Of a DNA stretch of 64,000 bases, positions 1 to 10,142 are shown piece after piece (position 1 is the first letter of the stretch; each line of letters opens with the position of its first letter). Origin of the DNA: Alphaproteobacteria bacterium. GTDB lineage: Bacteria > Pseudomonadota > Alphaproteobacteria > CAAGCB01 > CAG-977. The stretch lies in the NCBI GenBank assembly GCA_024407875.1, contig JAKSVT010000001.1:117091-181090 (forward strand). Reading direction: 5' to 3'. The position numbers and the translations under genes were made by a program. The notes beneath the pieces are model-generated. The model was not told the DNA's origin. It searched no databases and was given only the letters and a program-made list of their open reading frames with translations.

Positions 1-2
1 CT

Positions 3-542
3 CATGGTGGAAATGATATTGAAGCAACTGTTAAAGAAACAACACAAGCTATTGCTGATGGTGCAGATGAAATTGACGTTGTATTACCATATAAAGCTTT
101 TATGAATGGAGATGTTGAAACAGCTCGTAATTTGTTAAAAGCAACACGTGAAGCTTGCAAAGGTAAAGTAATGAAAGTAATTATTGAAAGTGGTGTTTTA
201 ACACATGCTCAATTAATTGCTGATGCTTCTCGTTTGTCAATTGAATGTGGCGCAAACTTTATTAAAACATCAACAGGAAAAACACCTGTTAGTGCAACAT
301 TAGAAGCTGCAAACGCAATGTTAGAAGTTATTCGTGAAAGCGGTAAACCAGTTGGCTTCAAGGCTTCAGGTGGTGTTCGTACAACAGAACAAGCTGCAGA
401 TTACTTAACATTAGCAGATAAAATCATGGGACCTAAATGGGCAGCAAAGATGACATTTAGATTTGGTGCTTCAGGTTTGCGTGATAGTTTGTTGGCATCA
501 ATGGGTTTTGGTGATAAGCCAACAGAATCTCAAGGCTATTAA
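3..542 (+). CDS. deoC: deoxyribose-phosphate aldolase, 5'-truncated by window edge
   Basis: In-frame ORF runs from the window start. The translation has FIKTSTGK and GFKASGGVRT, matching E. coli-type DeoC (FIKTSTGK...GFKPAGGVRT). Confidence 0.85.
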   Translation, partial: HGGNDIEATVKETTQAIADGADEIDVVLPYKAFMNGDVETARNLLKATREACKGKVMKVIIESGVLTHAQLIADASRLSIECGANFIKTSTGKTPVSATLEAANAMLEVIRESGKPVGFKASGGVRTTEQAADYLTLADKIMGPKWAAKMTFRFGASGLRDSLLASMGFGDKPTESQGY

Positions 543-565
543 TTTTTATAAATTTTTTTAATAAA

Positions 566-592
566 GCGCCGAGGTATGACTTCGGCGTTTTA
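566..592 (+). terminator. rho-independent terminator/attenuator after deoC
   Basis: Stem cgccga (567-572), loop ggtatgact, stem tcggcg (582-587), then tttt. The ATG at 576 from the ORF track lies in the hairpin loop. Confidence 0.55.
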
Positions 593-614
593 TGTAAATC
601 AAAGGGTAAAGATT

Positions 615-1940
615 GTGCTTGTACAAGAAATTATAAGACATAAAAGAGATTGCCATAAGTTATCTCAGGAAGAATTGAATTTTATTGTTCAAGGTATAGT
701 TGATTGGTCGGTAAGCGAATCTCAAATAGCAGCATTTGTAATGGCTTGCTATTTAAGAGGTTTAGATTTAGATGAAAGTGCTAATTTAACTTTAGCCATG
801 GCAAAAAATGGCAGAGTTATGGATTGGTCTTCTTTAGATTTAAATGGTCCTGTATTAGATAAGCATTCAACAGGTGGTGTAGGGGATAAAACAAGTATTG
901 TGTTAGCTCCTATTTTAGCAGCTTGTGGTGCTTATGTTCCAATGATTTCTGGTGTAGGTTTATCATACACAGGTGGTACTGTTGATAAAATGGATGCTAT
1001 TCCAGGTTATCAAACTAGTCCATCATTAGAGAAATTTTATGAGACAACAAGAAATGTTGGATGTGCAATTATAGGACAAACTGGTGATTTAGCTTTAGCT
1101 GATAAGCGTATTTATGCTGTAAGAAATTCAACAGGGACTATAGAATCTTTACCATTAATCGCAAGTTCAATTGTATCTAAAAAAATTGCAGCAGGCGTTC
1201 AAGGCTTAGTTTTCGATTTGAAATGTGGAAACGGAGCTTTCATGAAAGATGTTGATAAATCACGTGAATTAGCAACAATTATGGTTGAAATAGCACAATA
1301 TTGTGGTGTTAGTGCTAGCGCTGTAATTAGTGATATGAATTGTGTTATGGGAAGAAGTGTCGGTAATGCCGTTGAAGTTGAAGAAGCGATTCGCTTTTTG
1401 CGTGGTGATTTTAGAGATGAAAGATTATATGAATTAGTTTCTACATTGGCAAAGCAAGTACTAGCCAGCAAAGGCTTGATACATGATGAAAAAGCTGGTC
1501 AAATGAAAATAAACCAAGTTTTAAACTCGGGATTAGCTTGTGAAAAGTTTGCTCAAATGGTTGCATCTATGGGGGGACCTGTAGATTTAGTAGAAAATTT
1601 AGATGTTTATTTTCCAAAATCAGAAATTGTATATCCTGTTTTTGCAAAGGAAAAAGGATATATTAGTTCAATGAATGCAGAACAAATAGGTTTAACATTA
1701 AGTATTTTGGGCGGAGGAAGAAATAAAGTTGATGCTCAAATAGATTATAATGTTGGCTATAGCAATTTTAAAACTATTGGGGAATATGTAGATTCTGAAA
1801 ATCCAATTGCATTTATTCATGCAAGAACGCAAGAATCATTTGCAAGTGTTGAAAAAATCGTGCAAAATGCTATTACAATTAGTGATGAGAAGCCTGTAAA
1901 TAAAAACAGTGTTATCATCGAAACTTTAAACAAAAGGTGA
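615..1940 (+). CDS. deoA: thymidine phosphorylase
   Basis: Canonical TP motifs HSTGGVGDK and SGVGLSYTGGTVDK, plus ADKRIYAVRNSTGTIESLPLIASSIVSKK. The likely start is GTG 615 after RBS aaaggg (N-terminus IVLVQEIIRHKRD matches TP N-termini). The track start at 576 sits inside the deoC terminator hairpin. Confidence 0.85.
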   Translation: MLVQEIIRHKRDCHKLSQEELNFIVQGIVDWSVSESQIAAFVMACYLRGLDLDESANLTLAMAKNGRVMDWSSLDLNGPVLDKHSTGGVGDKTSIVLAPILAACGAYVPMISGVGLSYTGGTVDKMDAIPGYQTSPSLEKFYETTRNVGCAIIGQTGDLALADKRIYAVRNSTGTIESLPLIASSIVSKKIAAGVQGLVFDLKCGNGAFMKDVDKSRELATIMVEIAQYCGVSASAVISDMNCVMGRSVGNAVEVEEAIRFLRGDFRDERLYELVSTLAKQVLASKGLIHDEKAGQMKINQVLNSGLACEKFAQMVASMGGPVDLVENLDVYFPKSEIVYPVFAKEKGYISSMNAEQIGLTLSILGGGRNKVDAQIDYNVGYSNFKTIGEYVDSENPIAFIHARTQESFASVEKIVQNAITISDEKPVNKNSVIIETLNKR

Positions 1941-1943
1941 GAA

Positions 1944-3191
1944 ATGAAACGTGTTATAATTTTAATGATGGACTCTTTTGGTTGCGGTGAAGGCCCAGAC
2001 GCAGATAAATTTGATGATATCGGATGCGATACATTAGGTCATATTGCAAAAGCTTGTGCTGAAGGTAAAGCAGAAGTTGATCGTACAGGCCCTTTAAAAT
2101 GTCCAAATTTAACAAAATTAGGTTTGGGTGAATTATACAAGCAATGCAATGGTGTTTATCCTGAAAATATGCAAATTCCTGTATCAGAAATCAAAGCTGC
2201 ATACGGATATAGCAAGGAAGTTTCAAAAGGTAAGGATACTACATCAGGACACTGGGAAATGGCAGGCGTTCCTGTAACATTTAAATGGGGATACTTCCCA
2301 GGAGAATATCCTTCATTCCCACAAGAATTAATTGATGAATTCTGTAAACGTGCAAAGCTTCCAGGAGTTATTGGAAATAAAGCAGCTTCAGGAACAGTTA
2401 TTTTAGAAGAACTTGGAGAAGAATGCATGAAGACAGGTAAACCTATTGTTTACACTTCAGCAGATAGTGTTTTCCAAATTTGTGCACATGAAAAGACATT
2501 TGGCTTAGAAAGATTATATGAAATTTGCCATATTGCACGTGATTTGTTGAATGAATGGTTTGAACAAGACAAATTACCAGGAGCTATAGCTCGTGTAATT
2601 GCAAGACCTTTCGATGGTACTGATGCATCTAATTTTAAACGTACAGGCGGTCGTCATGACTATTCTGTATTACCTCCAGCAAAAACAGTTTTGGATAAAA
2701 TGAAAGAAGCTGGTGGAAATGTTATTTCAATTGGTAAGATTAGTGATATTTTTGCAGCACAAGGTATTACAAAAGCTGTCAAAGCTGTTGGATTGCAAGA
2801 ATTATTTGATCGTACTTTAGATGAAGTTCGCACAGCTCCTGATAATTCAATTATTTTCCCTAATTTCGTAAATTTCGATATGGATTGGGGACATCGTCGT
2901 AATGTTTCAGGATATGCTTCAGGTTTGGAATATTTTGATTCTCGTTTGCCTGAATTATTTAAAGAATTGAAAGATGGTGATCTTTGCTTTATAACAGCAG
3001 ATCATGGTTGTGATCCAACATTTAAGGGATCAGATCATACTCGTGAACATGTTCCTGTAATTATGTTCGGAAAAGGTGTAGAACCAAGATTTTTAGGCCG
3101 TCGTGAAACATATTCTGATATTGGTCAAACAATAGCTGAATATTTAGGCTTACCATTATTTGAAAATGGAAAATCATTTTTAAAGAAATAG
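1944..3191 (+). CDS. deoB: phosphopentomutase
   Basis: 415 aa. The N-terminus [20 protein letters not shown] is the typical DeoB metal site and the length fits. Confidence 0.85.
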   Translation: MKRVIILMMDSFGCGEGPDADKFDDIGCDTLGHIAKACAEGKAEVDRTGPLKCPNLTKLGLGELYKQCNGVYPENMQIPVSEIKAAYGYSKEVSKGKDTTSGHWEMAGVPVTFKWGYFPGEYPSFPQELIDEFCKRAKLPGVIGNKAASGTVILEELGEECMKTGKPIVYTSADSVFQICAHEKTFGLERLYEICHIARDLLNEWFEQDKLPGAIARVIARPFDGTDASNFKRTGGRHDYSVLPPAKTVLDKMKEAGGNVISIGKISDIFAAQGITKAVKAVGLQELFDRTLDEVRTAPDNSIIFPNFVNFDMDWGHRRNVSGYASGLEYFDSRLPELFKELKDGDLCFITADHGCDPTFKGSDHTREHVPVIMFGKGVEPRFLGRRETYSDIGQTIAEYLGLPLFENGKSFLKK

Positions 3192-3207
3192 TTTTTTTTC
3201 GTTAATT

Positions 3208-3236
3208 AAAGGGCATTTTTATAATGCCCTTTAATG
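3208..3236 (+). terminator. hairpin between deoB and second deoA paralog (weak terminator/attenuator)
   Basis: Stem aaagggcat, loop ttttata, stem atgcccttt, followed by an AT-rich tract. The track start at 3224 lies inside the stem. Confidence 0.35.
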
Positions 3237-3259
3237 TATTTTTATTAGGCTATAGAATT

Positions 3260-4540
3260 ATGCTTGCTCAGGAAATTATTAAGAAAAAAAGAGATGGTGA
3301 AAATTTAACCGCTAAAGAAATTAAAACTTTTGTTCAAGGTGTTTTAGATTGGTCTGTCTCTGATGGTCAGCTATCAGCTTTGTTGATGGCTTTCTTAATT
3401 AATGGAATGAGCCATGAAGAACTTCAAAACTGGATAAGTGAAATTATAGATTCAGGTATGGTTCTTGATTGGGATAGTGTTGATTTAAATGGGCCTGTGG
3501 CATCAATTCATACAATGCCTTCTGTTGGTGATAAATCAGAGATTATTGTTGGAGCTGTTTTAGCAAGTGCAGGAATGTATGTTCCTATGCTCTGTGATAA
3601 AATGCAATATCATACAGGAGGCACAATTGATAAATTAAGTTCTATTAGTGGTTATGATATTAATCCTTCAAAAGCAAGATTTCGTAAAACTTTACTAAAT
3701 TCAGGTTTTGCTTTTTTGACTTCATCAGAACAGTTAGCTCCTGCTGATGTTAGAATTCAATCTATTCGTGATACAACAGCAACAATTTCTAGTATTGATT
3801 TGTTAATAGCTTCATTATTAATTAAAAAAGTTGCTAGTGGTGTTAAAAAATTGACTGTAGATATTAAAACAGGTTCAGCAAGTTTTACAACAACAGAAGA
3901 ATATGCAAAAGAATTTGAAGAAAAATTATTATTAAATGCTGCTCCATTTGGACTTGATGTAAAAACTATTTTCTCGAATGTTAATGAAGTTGTCGGCCAA
4001 AATATTGGCAACTCCTTAGAAATTTATGAAGTCTGGGCTTTTTTAACAGGTGCTTTGGGCAATAGGGATAAACAATTGATGAAGCAGACAAAAACTATTG
4101 CTAGTGTTGCTTTAGTTCAAAATGGTATTTGTTCAAATGAAGAAAATGCAAAGCAACTAGTTGAAGATTTAATTACTTCAGGTAAAGCTGCAGAACAATT
4201 TTCTAGAATGCTTTATGAAATGGGAGTTTCTCAAGCGTTTATGTCAAATCCTATGACGTATTTGCCACAAGCGCCAGTTGTTTTACCTGTATATGCGGGA
4301 AAAACAGGTATAGTTGAAACTATGAATATGAGATGGATAGGTTTGTCTGTTATTGAAATGGGTGCTGGTCGTTTATATAGCGAACAAAAAATAGATTTGT
4401 CAGCAGGTTATTCTAATATGATTAAACCAGGAACTAAAGTAATGCCAGACACAGTACTAGCCTTTATTCATGCTCAAGATGAACAAACAGCTCTAGCAGC
4501 ACAAACTCATTTGCTGGGTGCTATAAATATTAACGGTTAA
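3260..4540 (+). CDS. thymidine phosphorylase paralog with diverged phosphate-binding loop
   Basis: It shares the TP fold and N-terminal helical domain with deoA (MLAQEIIKKKRDGENLTAKEIKTFVQGVLDWSVSDGQLSALLMAF). HSTGGVGDK is replaced by HTMPSVGDK and SGxGLxHTGGT by CDKMQYHTGGT. The likely start is ATG 3260. Confidence 0.7.
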   Translation: MLAQEIIKKKRDGENLTAKEIKTFVQGVLDWSVSDGQLSALLMAFLINGMSHEELQNWISEIIDSGMVLDWDSVDLNGPVASIHTMPSVGDKSEIIVGAVLASAGMYVPMLCDKMQYHTGGTIDKLSSISGYDINPSKARFRKTLLNSGFAFLTSSEQLAPADVRIQSIRDTTATISSIDLLIASLLIKKVASGVKKLTVDIKTGSASFTTTEEYAKEFEEKLLLNAAPFGLDVKTIFSNVNEVVGQNIGNSLEIYEVWAFLTGALGNRDKQLMKQTKTIASVALVQNGICSNEENAKQLVEDLITSGKAAEQFSRMLYEMGVSQAFMSNPMTYLPQAPVVLPVYAGKTGIVETMNMRWIGLSVIEMGAGRLYSEQKIDLSAGYSNMIKPGTKVMPDTVLAFIHAQDEQTALAAQTHLLGAINING

Positions 4541-4543
4541 ATC

Positions 4544-5125
4544 TTATTCAGTTTTTTCCAAAATATTTGCTGAAATAAAATCTGCACAATGCAATAAAAC
4601 TGCTATTGGTGAAATTTTAAATACATTGCTAAAATTAGGATCGTTAATTCTTGAGTCAAATGCTCCCATATGAGAATTAATTGCAAGAATTTCGTCTTTT
4701 GTTAATTTGATAAATTGCATTAATCTAAATACAGATTTTTCACTATGGCCTGCAGGAAATTGATCATCATAATCCCATGAATCATATTTTACCCATTGAT
4801 TGTTTGCGTCCTTTTTAAATTTTTCAATAGGTTTATATAAGTCAACTTTGCATAGGTCATGCAATAATCCACAAATAATAATAGTTTCTCTTGGACATTC
4901 TATTTTGTATTGAGATAATAAGTTTTCAAAAGTATGAAAAACATTCAAACTGTGTTGGCACAATCCACCATAACAATTTAAGTGATTTCTAACAGATGAA
5001 GGAGCTGTGAAGTAATCGCTATTATTTAAATATTCGATTAATTTATTTATGCCATCGCGTTTGATTTCATTTAAAAGAGCCAAAGCTTCATTTTTGTTAT
5101 TATACATTGTTTCTGTATCGAGCAT
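4544..5125 (-). CDS. HD-domain phosphohydrolase, YfbR-like 5'-deoxynucleotidase family
   Basis: 193 aa with the H..HD..H..D pattern. QHSLNVFHTF...ICGLLHDLCKVDLYKPIEKF aligns with YfbR EHSLQVAMVAH...[22 protein letters not shown]. It is convergent with the deo genes. Confidence 0.6.
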   Translation of the reverse strand: MLDTETMYNNKNEALALLNEIKRDGINKLIEYLNNSDYFTAPSSVRNHLNCYGGLCQHSLNVFHTFENLLSQYKIECPRETIIICGLLHDLCKVDLYKPIEKFKKDANNQWVKYDSWDYDDQFPAGHSEKSVFRLMQFIKLTKDEILAINSHMGAFDSRINDPNFSNVFKISPIAVLLHCADFISANILEKTE

Positions 5126-5148
5126 TATTCTTTGTCCTTAATAATATA

Positions 5149-7062
5149 TTATTGTAAAGGTGGAATAGGAGGAATTTCCGGTATTTCAGGAATATCTTCT
5201 TGAGGAGGTTGTAATGGTTGAGCCCTTGTAATTGGAGGAATAGGGGAAGAAGCAACATTTGATGGAACTTTTGTTGAGCGTTGTAATGTAGAATTTTGTT
5301 GTTGTGTTTGAGGTATAGCTTTAGCAGCATTAATAGCTGCGTTGATAGCCTCATTTTGTTTCTTTATTCTATTTTCATTCATTAAAGCCATTAAATCTTG
5401 TTCAGCTTTTGATTTGAAGTCGTAATTCTTTAAAAATGTTTCATAATCACCACGAGTGTTTATATCAGACAAAATTAAAGGGTCTTTTATTTCATATTCT
5501 ACAGTTATATCTGTATGTTCAATTAGAGTTGGAATACAATATGAATCTTCAGGTATAACTTTTATTTGATCAAATAATTCTCTAGGCCATAAAACAGGAT
5601 TTGATCTAACATGGGCGTATGAAGGAACTACAACAGGTTTAAAATCATGAGTTTCTCTAAATAATCTAAACATGTCGTTCATCTGTCTAAAACTAAAAGC
5701 AGGCATATCAGTAGGCATTACTAGTACGCAATTAACGTCATTTGGTAACACAGAAATTCCTATTCTAATAGAACTTAAGATACCAGATAAGTAATCGGCA
5801 TTTCGTACTATTTTAACATCATATTGTTCTAATTGTTTTTCTATAAAATTGGATTGGTGCCCTGTTACAACAATTACATAGCCAGCATTAGAACTAAGAG
5901 CTTGTTCTACAATTCTTGTGATAAATGTTTGGCCTCCAACATCTAACAAAAGTTTGTTTTCGCTCATACGACCACTACGACCTGCTGCTAAAATAATTAC
6001 AGCAGTTTTGTCTCCTTTTTCTATTTCTCCTAAAGCTACAGATCTTCTTTTTTCTAGATCTTTTATTGCTCTATATTGATTATCTAAAGCTTGAGAGCCC
6101 ATAACCATAGATGGAATTAAGTCCATAGGAGGAATTGTTTTGGTGTTAACATGACAGAATAATCGCCGTAAAGAATTTTTAAAAAAGTCTGGATAATTAT
6201 ATCCTAAAAATACAGTATTTTTTCTGTGAGCTAAAACAATCTGAGAACCTTCGTCAAAAGGCCAATTCATTCTGTCAATATCAGTTGAAGCTTCAATAAG
6301 AGCTTTAGGAATAATATCTGATTTATCTTTAATTAAAGACATATCAGGAATACGACTTTCGATTAATACTACAGTAATTCCTGTTGCATAAGCACTTCTT
6401 ATAGCATTTTCAATTGAGGCAACAGTGCCTTCGCACATTTCAAAGTTTCTAATATCAAAACCAAAGGTTGCAAATCTTTTTTTTATGGCGGTATCATCTT
6501 CCGCATTTTTATTGATTTCATCTTTTTTATCAAAAACTTGAACTAAAACAGCTTTTACCAAATCATATTTTTTTATGGATAAAAGTATACCCATTCCACT
6601 TAAGCCTGATGTAATGCTATTAACAACACTTTCATCTACAGCAGGAGAATATATATGCAATGTTCCAATATATTGTCCATTAAAGACCGGAGTATAAGCA
6701 GGTAATAAAGATAATGAAACGCTATCAGATACTTTGTTTAATCTGTGAAGTCTTTCCTTGTCGTATACTAGTACGCCATTTATATCAGAAAATATATCTA
6801 TACAACCTTCATTTGAAATAGTTGTATATCTAGTGTAATCACCGCAAATAGAATGAACAAAAACATCGCCAGCTGTTTTTGCAGGAACATCTTTCGTAGA
6901 ATATAAAACACCAGAAACGCTGTGTATGCCGATGTTTCTAAGTATACGAATGTCTTCGCTAGTAAGGATATGTCCTACTGGGAAATCTCCTTGCGTAGTA
7001 GGAATTCTCTTTGTAAGCTCAACACCTTCAGCTTGATATAATCCAAACGTTCCTATTTGCAT
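5149..7062 (-). CDS. multidomain protein with MobA/MocA-like nucleotidyltransferase domain, ~340-aa N-terminal domain of unknown function and Pro-rich C-terminal tail
   Basis: Residues ~345-540 read KTAVIILAAGRSGRMSENKLLLDVGG...VLVMPTDMPAF, a MobA-like NTP_transf_3 signature. The C-terminal tail is PIPPITRAQPLQPPQEDIPEIPEIPPIPPLQ. It lies 23 bp upstream of the HD gene on the same strand. Confidence 0.55.
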   Translation of the reverse strand: MQIGTFGLYQAEGVELTKRIPTTQGDFPVGHILTSEDIRILRNIGIHSVSGVLYSTKDVPAKTAGDVFVHSICGDYTRYTTISNEGCIDIFSDINGVLVYDKERLHRLNKVSDSVSLSLLPAYTPVFNGQYIGTLHIYSPAVDESVVNSITSGLSGMGILLSIKKYDLVKAVLVQVFDKKDEINKNAEDDTAIKKRFATFGFDIRNFEMCEGTVASIENAIRSAYATGITVVLIESRIPDMSLIKDKSDIIPKALIEASTDIDRMNWPFDEGSQIVLAHRKNTVFLGYNYPDFFKNSLRRLFCHVNTKTIPPMDLIPSMVMGSQALDNQYRAIKDLEKRRSVALGEIEKGDKTAVIILAAGRSGRMSENKLLLDVGGQTFITRIVEQALSSNAGYVIVVTGHQSNFIEKQLEQYDVKIVRNADYLSGILSSIRIGISVLPNDVNCVLVMPTDMPAFSFRQMNDMFRLFRETHDFKPVVVPSYAHVRSNPVLWPRELFDQIKVIPEDSYCIPTLIEHTDITVEYEIKDPLILSDINTRGDYETFLKNYDFKSKAEQDLMALMNENRIKKQNEAINAAINAAKAIPQTQQQNSTLQRSTKVPSNVASSPIPPITRAQPLQPPQEDIPEIPEIPPIPPLQ

Positions 7063-7087
7063 AAGAAATACTCTAACTTAATGATTG

Positions 7088-10039
7088 TTATTTAGCATTA
7101 TTCATCATTAATAATACGTCTGAATCTATATCAACTAATCTATTGTCAGGTTTAAACATTTTCTTGAAAGGATAGTTGAAATTCAATTCTATTCTATCAT
7201 TTGTTGTATTTAAAGGAGTATGCCCTTCTAATCGAAGTTTAAATGAAGCGTTTTCATTCATATTGCCTTTACCTTTAAGAGCAAATTTAGATACCATAGT
7301 TTCTTTTAACAAATTTAATGTGTTTGGATCCATAGCAGCTTTTGTTGCATCATCAGGATTAAAGTGAATTGTGCCTGGTAATTTAGATGCAGCTGTTAAT
7401 TCGTTCATAGCTAAACCTTTATCAGTAAATCCAATTTTCCAAGTCATTGTTGCTGTTCCATCAGCTTGTAAATTGTTAGAAATTAAATTTTCTGTGAATT
7501 CTGATAAATCTAAATTGCTAATTTCATACAACATATCTGCAGGAGGTTTTCCAAATGGATAAGAGAATGTTTTAATATTCTTTATATTAGCTCCTAAGAA
7601 TTTTCCAGAAATAGAAGAAAAACGAACTTCTTGACTAGGAATTACTTGGTAGTTAAATAACATTTTATTTAAAGGAATGCCAAAATTAATATGAGATACA
7701 AAAAACTTTTGGTCTTCTGGTGTTGCAAATGGTACAAGTTGTGATATTTGCATTACAGAATTAATTCCATCAAATTGAATATTCTTCCAATTTGCTGATC
7801 CATTTTCAATCATCATATTAAGAGGACCTTTAATTCTATCCTCATTTACAGAAATTCTTCCTTTAGCTGTAATTGTTGCTTTTGTATTGTCATCTAAATG
7901 GGATGATAATAAAGGCAATACTTTAGAGATAGTTACTTCTTGTCCATTTATTGCTGTTTTTGGTAAATTGAAATACATATCCCATTGGTGTGTAATTAAA
8001 GAATAAGTACCATCTAATGTGAAATTTACAGCTCCATTGACCATAGCTATTCTTGATTGAATTTGATATTCGTTCATTCTTGTAGGTTTTAAAGAAAATT
8101 GCATTGCCATTTCAGCATATTTTTCTTTTTCATTAGGAATAAACTGAGCAATATTAAATCTTCCACTTGGCCAAGTTTTATCATTTATTTCTAAAGCTGC
8201 TGCTATGCCTCGGATTGTAAAGTCTTTAGTAGCGATAGCTCCATTAGATATTGTAACTGTTCCTGTGTGTCCTGGGGAGAATAAATTTGTTTTTACATTA
8301 ATTTTATTGTTGTTAAATGCTCCTGCAACAGCAATATTAGACAAAGCATCTGTAATCATAGCATTAATTGAAACGCCAGGAATAGGAATATTAAAATCTA
8401 AATTACCCCCATCGGTTTTCAAGAAAGGTTCTTTTTCATCAGGATTAATTTTGAAAGAAACCGGTTTGAAGATGTTAATCAACCTAAATTGTGTTTTCAT
8501 AATCATCTTATCAAATGAGATATCCATAGGATTTGACATTTTAATTACACACTTAGAGGTTTCACATTCAATATATGCATCTTGCTTCATGCTTAATTTA
8601 TCAAATTCTGTAGAACCATTTGATAACTTTTCACTAAAGAATTCATATGGTATATGACCCTTAAAGTGTTGTTGTGTGCCACTCATTTCCATATCTTTGA
8701 TTGTGAATAAAATAGCACCAGTAAATTTGCCTGCAGATTTTTCTAAGTCTTCAAAAGATCTATTGATTGTTAAATTAATATCAAATTTTCCATCATGAGG
8801 AACAGTTTCTCCTCTAATGGCGAGTTTTCCTGCATCTGATTGAATGGTTAAATCTGTATTTCCTTTAGTAAGCACACCTTTTATAACAGAGACTTCTGTA
8901 AGGCCTTTTACACTACCAATAACTTTTCCTTCTTTTATTAAATCTCCTTGAGTGATTTCCATTTTAATTTCAGCAGAATCAGAAGTTTTCTTTAAATTAG
9001 TTTCTGTTGTAAGTTTTGATGTCTCTGTATCATAATCTGTTGTAATCGTTAAATTTAAATTAGATCCAATAAGTGAACCTTTTGCACTAAATCCAAATTT
9101 AACAGTTTCATCAATTACTTGATCGTTTTCATCTTTTTTAGGAAAATTTGTTTCGCGCTTTAATGTGAATTTTGAGTTGTTGATGTTTATAGAAGGAATG
9201 CTAACAGGTTTAGCGGAGCTTGCCTTTTTGGAAGATGTAATTAACTCTCCAACAGGTCCTAAAGAAATACCATCGTCTCTTCTAACTCCTGTTAAATTCA
9301 AACCTTCAATTGTTAATGATTTAAGTCTGTTATTTTGCAACAAGTCTTTAAAATCAAAGCGAGCAGTAACTTTGCTTGCATTCATTGTCTTTTTTGCATC
9401 TGATACTTTGCTGAGAACCAAATCATGGTATGATACAGATACAACTTCAAAATTACCTAATTTAATACCACTTTCAGCAAGAATTTCTGGTAATTTGTTT
9501 TGTGCTAAAACAGGTAATTTGTCCCAAGCAATTTTTAATCCGATGCCTAATATAATTAATATAACAAGGATTTTGAACCATATTGATTTAATAAAATCAT
9601 GTAATTGGTCCATAAATATTTCTTTGCCTGTTTTACGTTTTGTTGCTTCATCTACTAATCCAACTTCATCAAATCTTGAAGATCTAAAAAGGGCGCTTTG
9701 AGCAGGTTTAGATGTATCTGCATCAGCGCTAGGAGAGGCTTGTGTATTTGCAGTTGGATTTGCTGCCATTGCAGGATTTGATTGAGCTACAGCTTTAGCT
9801 ATCTGAGCTTCTTTTTTGCGAGTGTCTTCATCTTCATCAGGTAAAGGAGGCTCTTCTTCTAAAGAAGGCTTGTTAGTAGGTGCTGCTTGGGCAGGTTTTG
9901 GTGCTCCCGGATTTGCAACAGCTTGAGGATTTGGAGCATTAGGCCTTACGGTCGAAACTCTGAGGGCTTTTTTTACAACTTTTTTTTGCACAGTATTGGT
10001 AGGTTGTGCAGCAGTTGCTTCGTTTTCTGTATCGGCCAT
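7088..10039 (-). CDS. large membrane-anchored protein, AsmA/TamB-like (putative)
   Basis: 983 aa. It has an N-terminal ~150-aa Pro/Ala-rich cytoplasmic region, a single TM segment (IWFKILVILIILGIGLKIAW), then ~800 aa of beta-rich periplasmic sequence. The family assignment is by architecture only. Confidence 0.35.
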   Translation of the reverse strand: MADTENEATAAQPTNTVQKKVVKKALRVSTVRPNAPNPQAVANPGAPKPAQAAPTNKPSLEEEPPLPDEDEDTRKKEAQIAKAVAQSNPAMAANPTANTQASPSADADTSKPAQSALFRSSRFDEVGLVDEATKRKTGKEIFMDQLHDFIKSIWFKILVILIILGIGLKIAWDKLPVLAQNKLPEILAESGIKLGNFEVVSVSYHDLVLSKVSDAKKTMNASKVTARFDFKDLLQNNRLKSLTIEGLNLTGVRRDDGISLGPVGELITSSKKASSAKPVSIPSININNSKFTLKRETNFPKKDENDQVIDETVKFGFSAKGSLIGSNLNLTITTDYDTETSKLTTETNLKKTSDSAEIKMEITQGDLIKEGKVIGSVKGLTEVSVIKGVLTKGNTDLTIQSDAGKLAIRGETVPHDGKFDINLTINRSFEDLEKSAGKFTGAILFTIKDMEMSGTQQHFKGHIPYEFFSEKLSNGSTEFDKLSMKQDAYIECETSKCVIKMSNPMDISFDKMIMKTQFRLINIFKPVSFKINPDEKEPFLKTDGGNLDFNIPIPGVSINAMITDALSNIAVAGAFNNNKINVKTNLFSPGHTGTVTISNGAIATKDFTIRGIAAALEINDKTWPSGRFNIAQFIPNEKEKYAEMAMQFSLKPTRMNEYQIQSRIAMVNGAVNFTLDGTYSLITHQWDMYFNLPKTAINGQEVTISKVLPLLSSHLDDNTKATITAKGRISVNEDRIKGPLNMMIENGSANWKNIQFDGINSVMQISQLVPFATPEDQKFFVSHINFGIPLNKMLFNYQVIPSQEVRFSSISGKFLGANIKNIKTFSYPFGKPPADMLYEISNLDLSEFTENLISNNLQADGTATMTWKIGFTDKGLAMNELTAASKLPGTIHFNPDDATKAAMDPNTLNLLKETMVSKFALKGKGNMNENASFKLRLEGHTPLNTTNDRIELNFNYPFKKMFKPDNRLVDIDSDVLLMMNNAK

Positions 10040-10142
10040 AAAAATTCTCCATAAAGTAAAACATTTATTTACGAAATTTTGCTAAGAATCTCTCGTAGAT
10101 ATTAAAATTTAGGTTATTATACGGAAAAGAAAAATAAATTCA

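Noticed and set aside
1199-1471. 90-aa minus-strand ORF inside deoA, plus similar antisense ORFs at 2156-2428, 3757-4011, 7176-7562, 8205-8657, 9165-9701, 15833-16027, 17260-17448, 18348-18569, 19794-20021, 20906-21463, 22790-22996, 23894-24137, 44865-48050 and 49672-49866
   Set aside because: All lie fully inside confidently assigned genes on the opposite strand. Their translations are low-complexity or hydrophobic with no motifs, as expected from AT-rich antisense frames.
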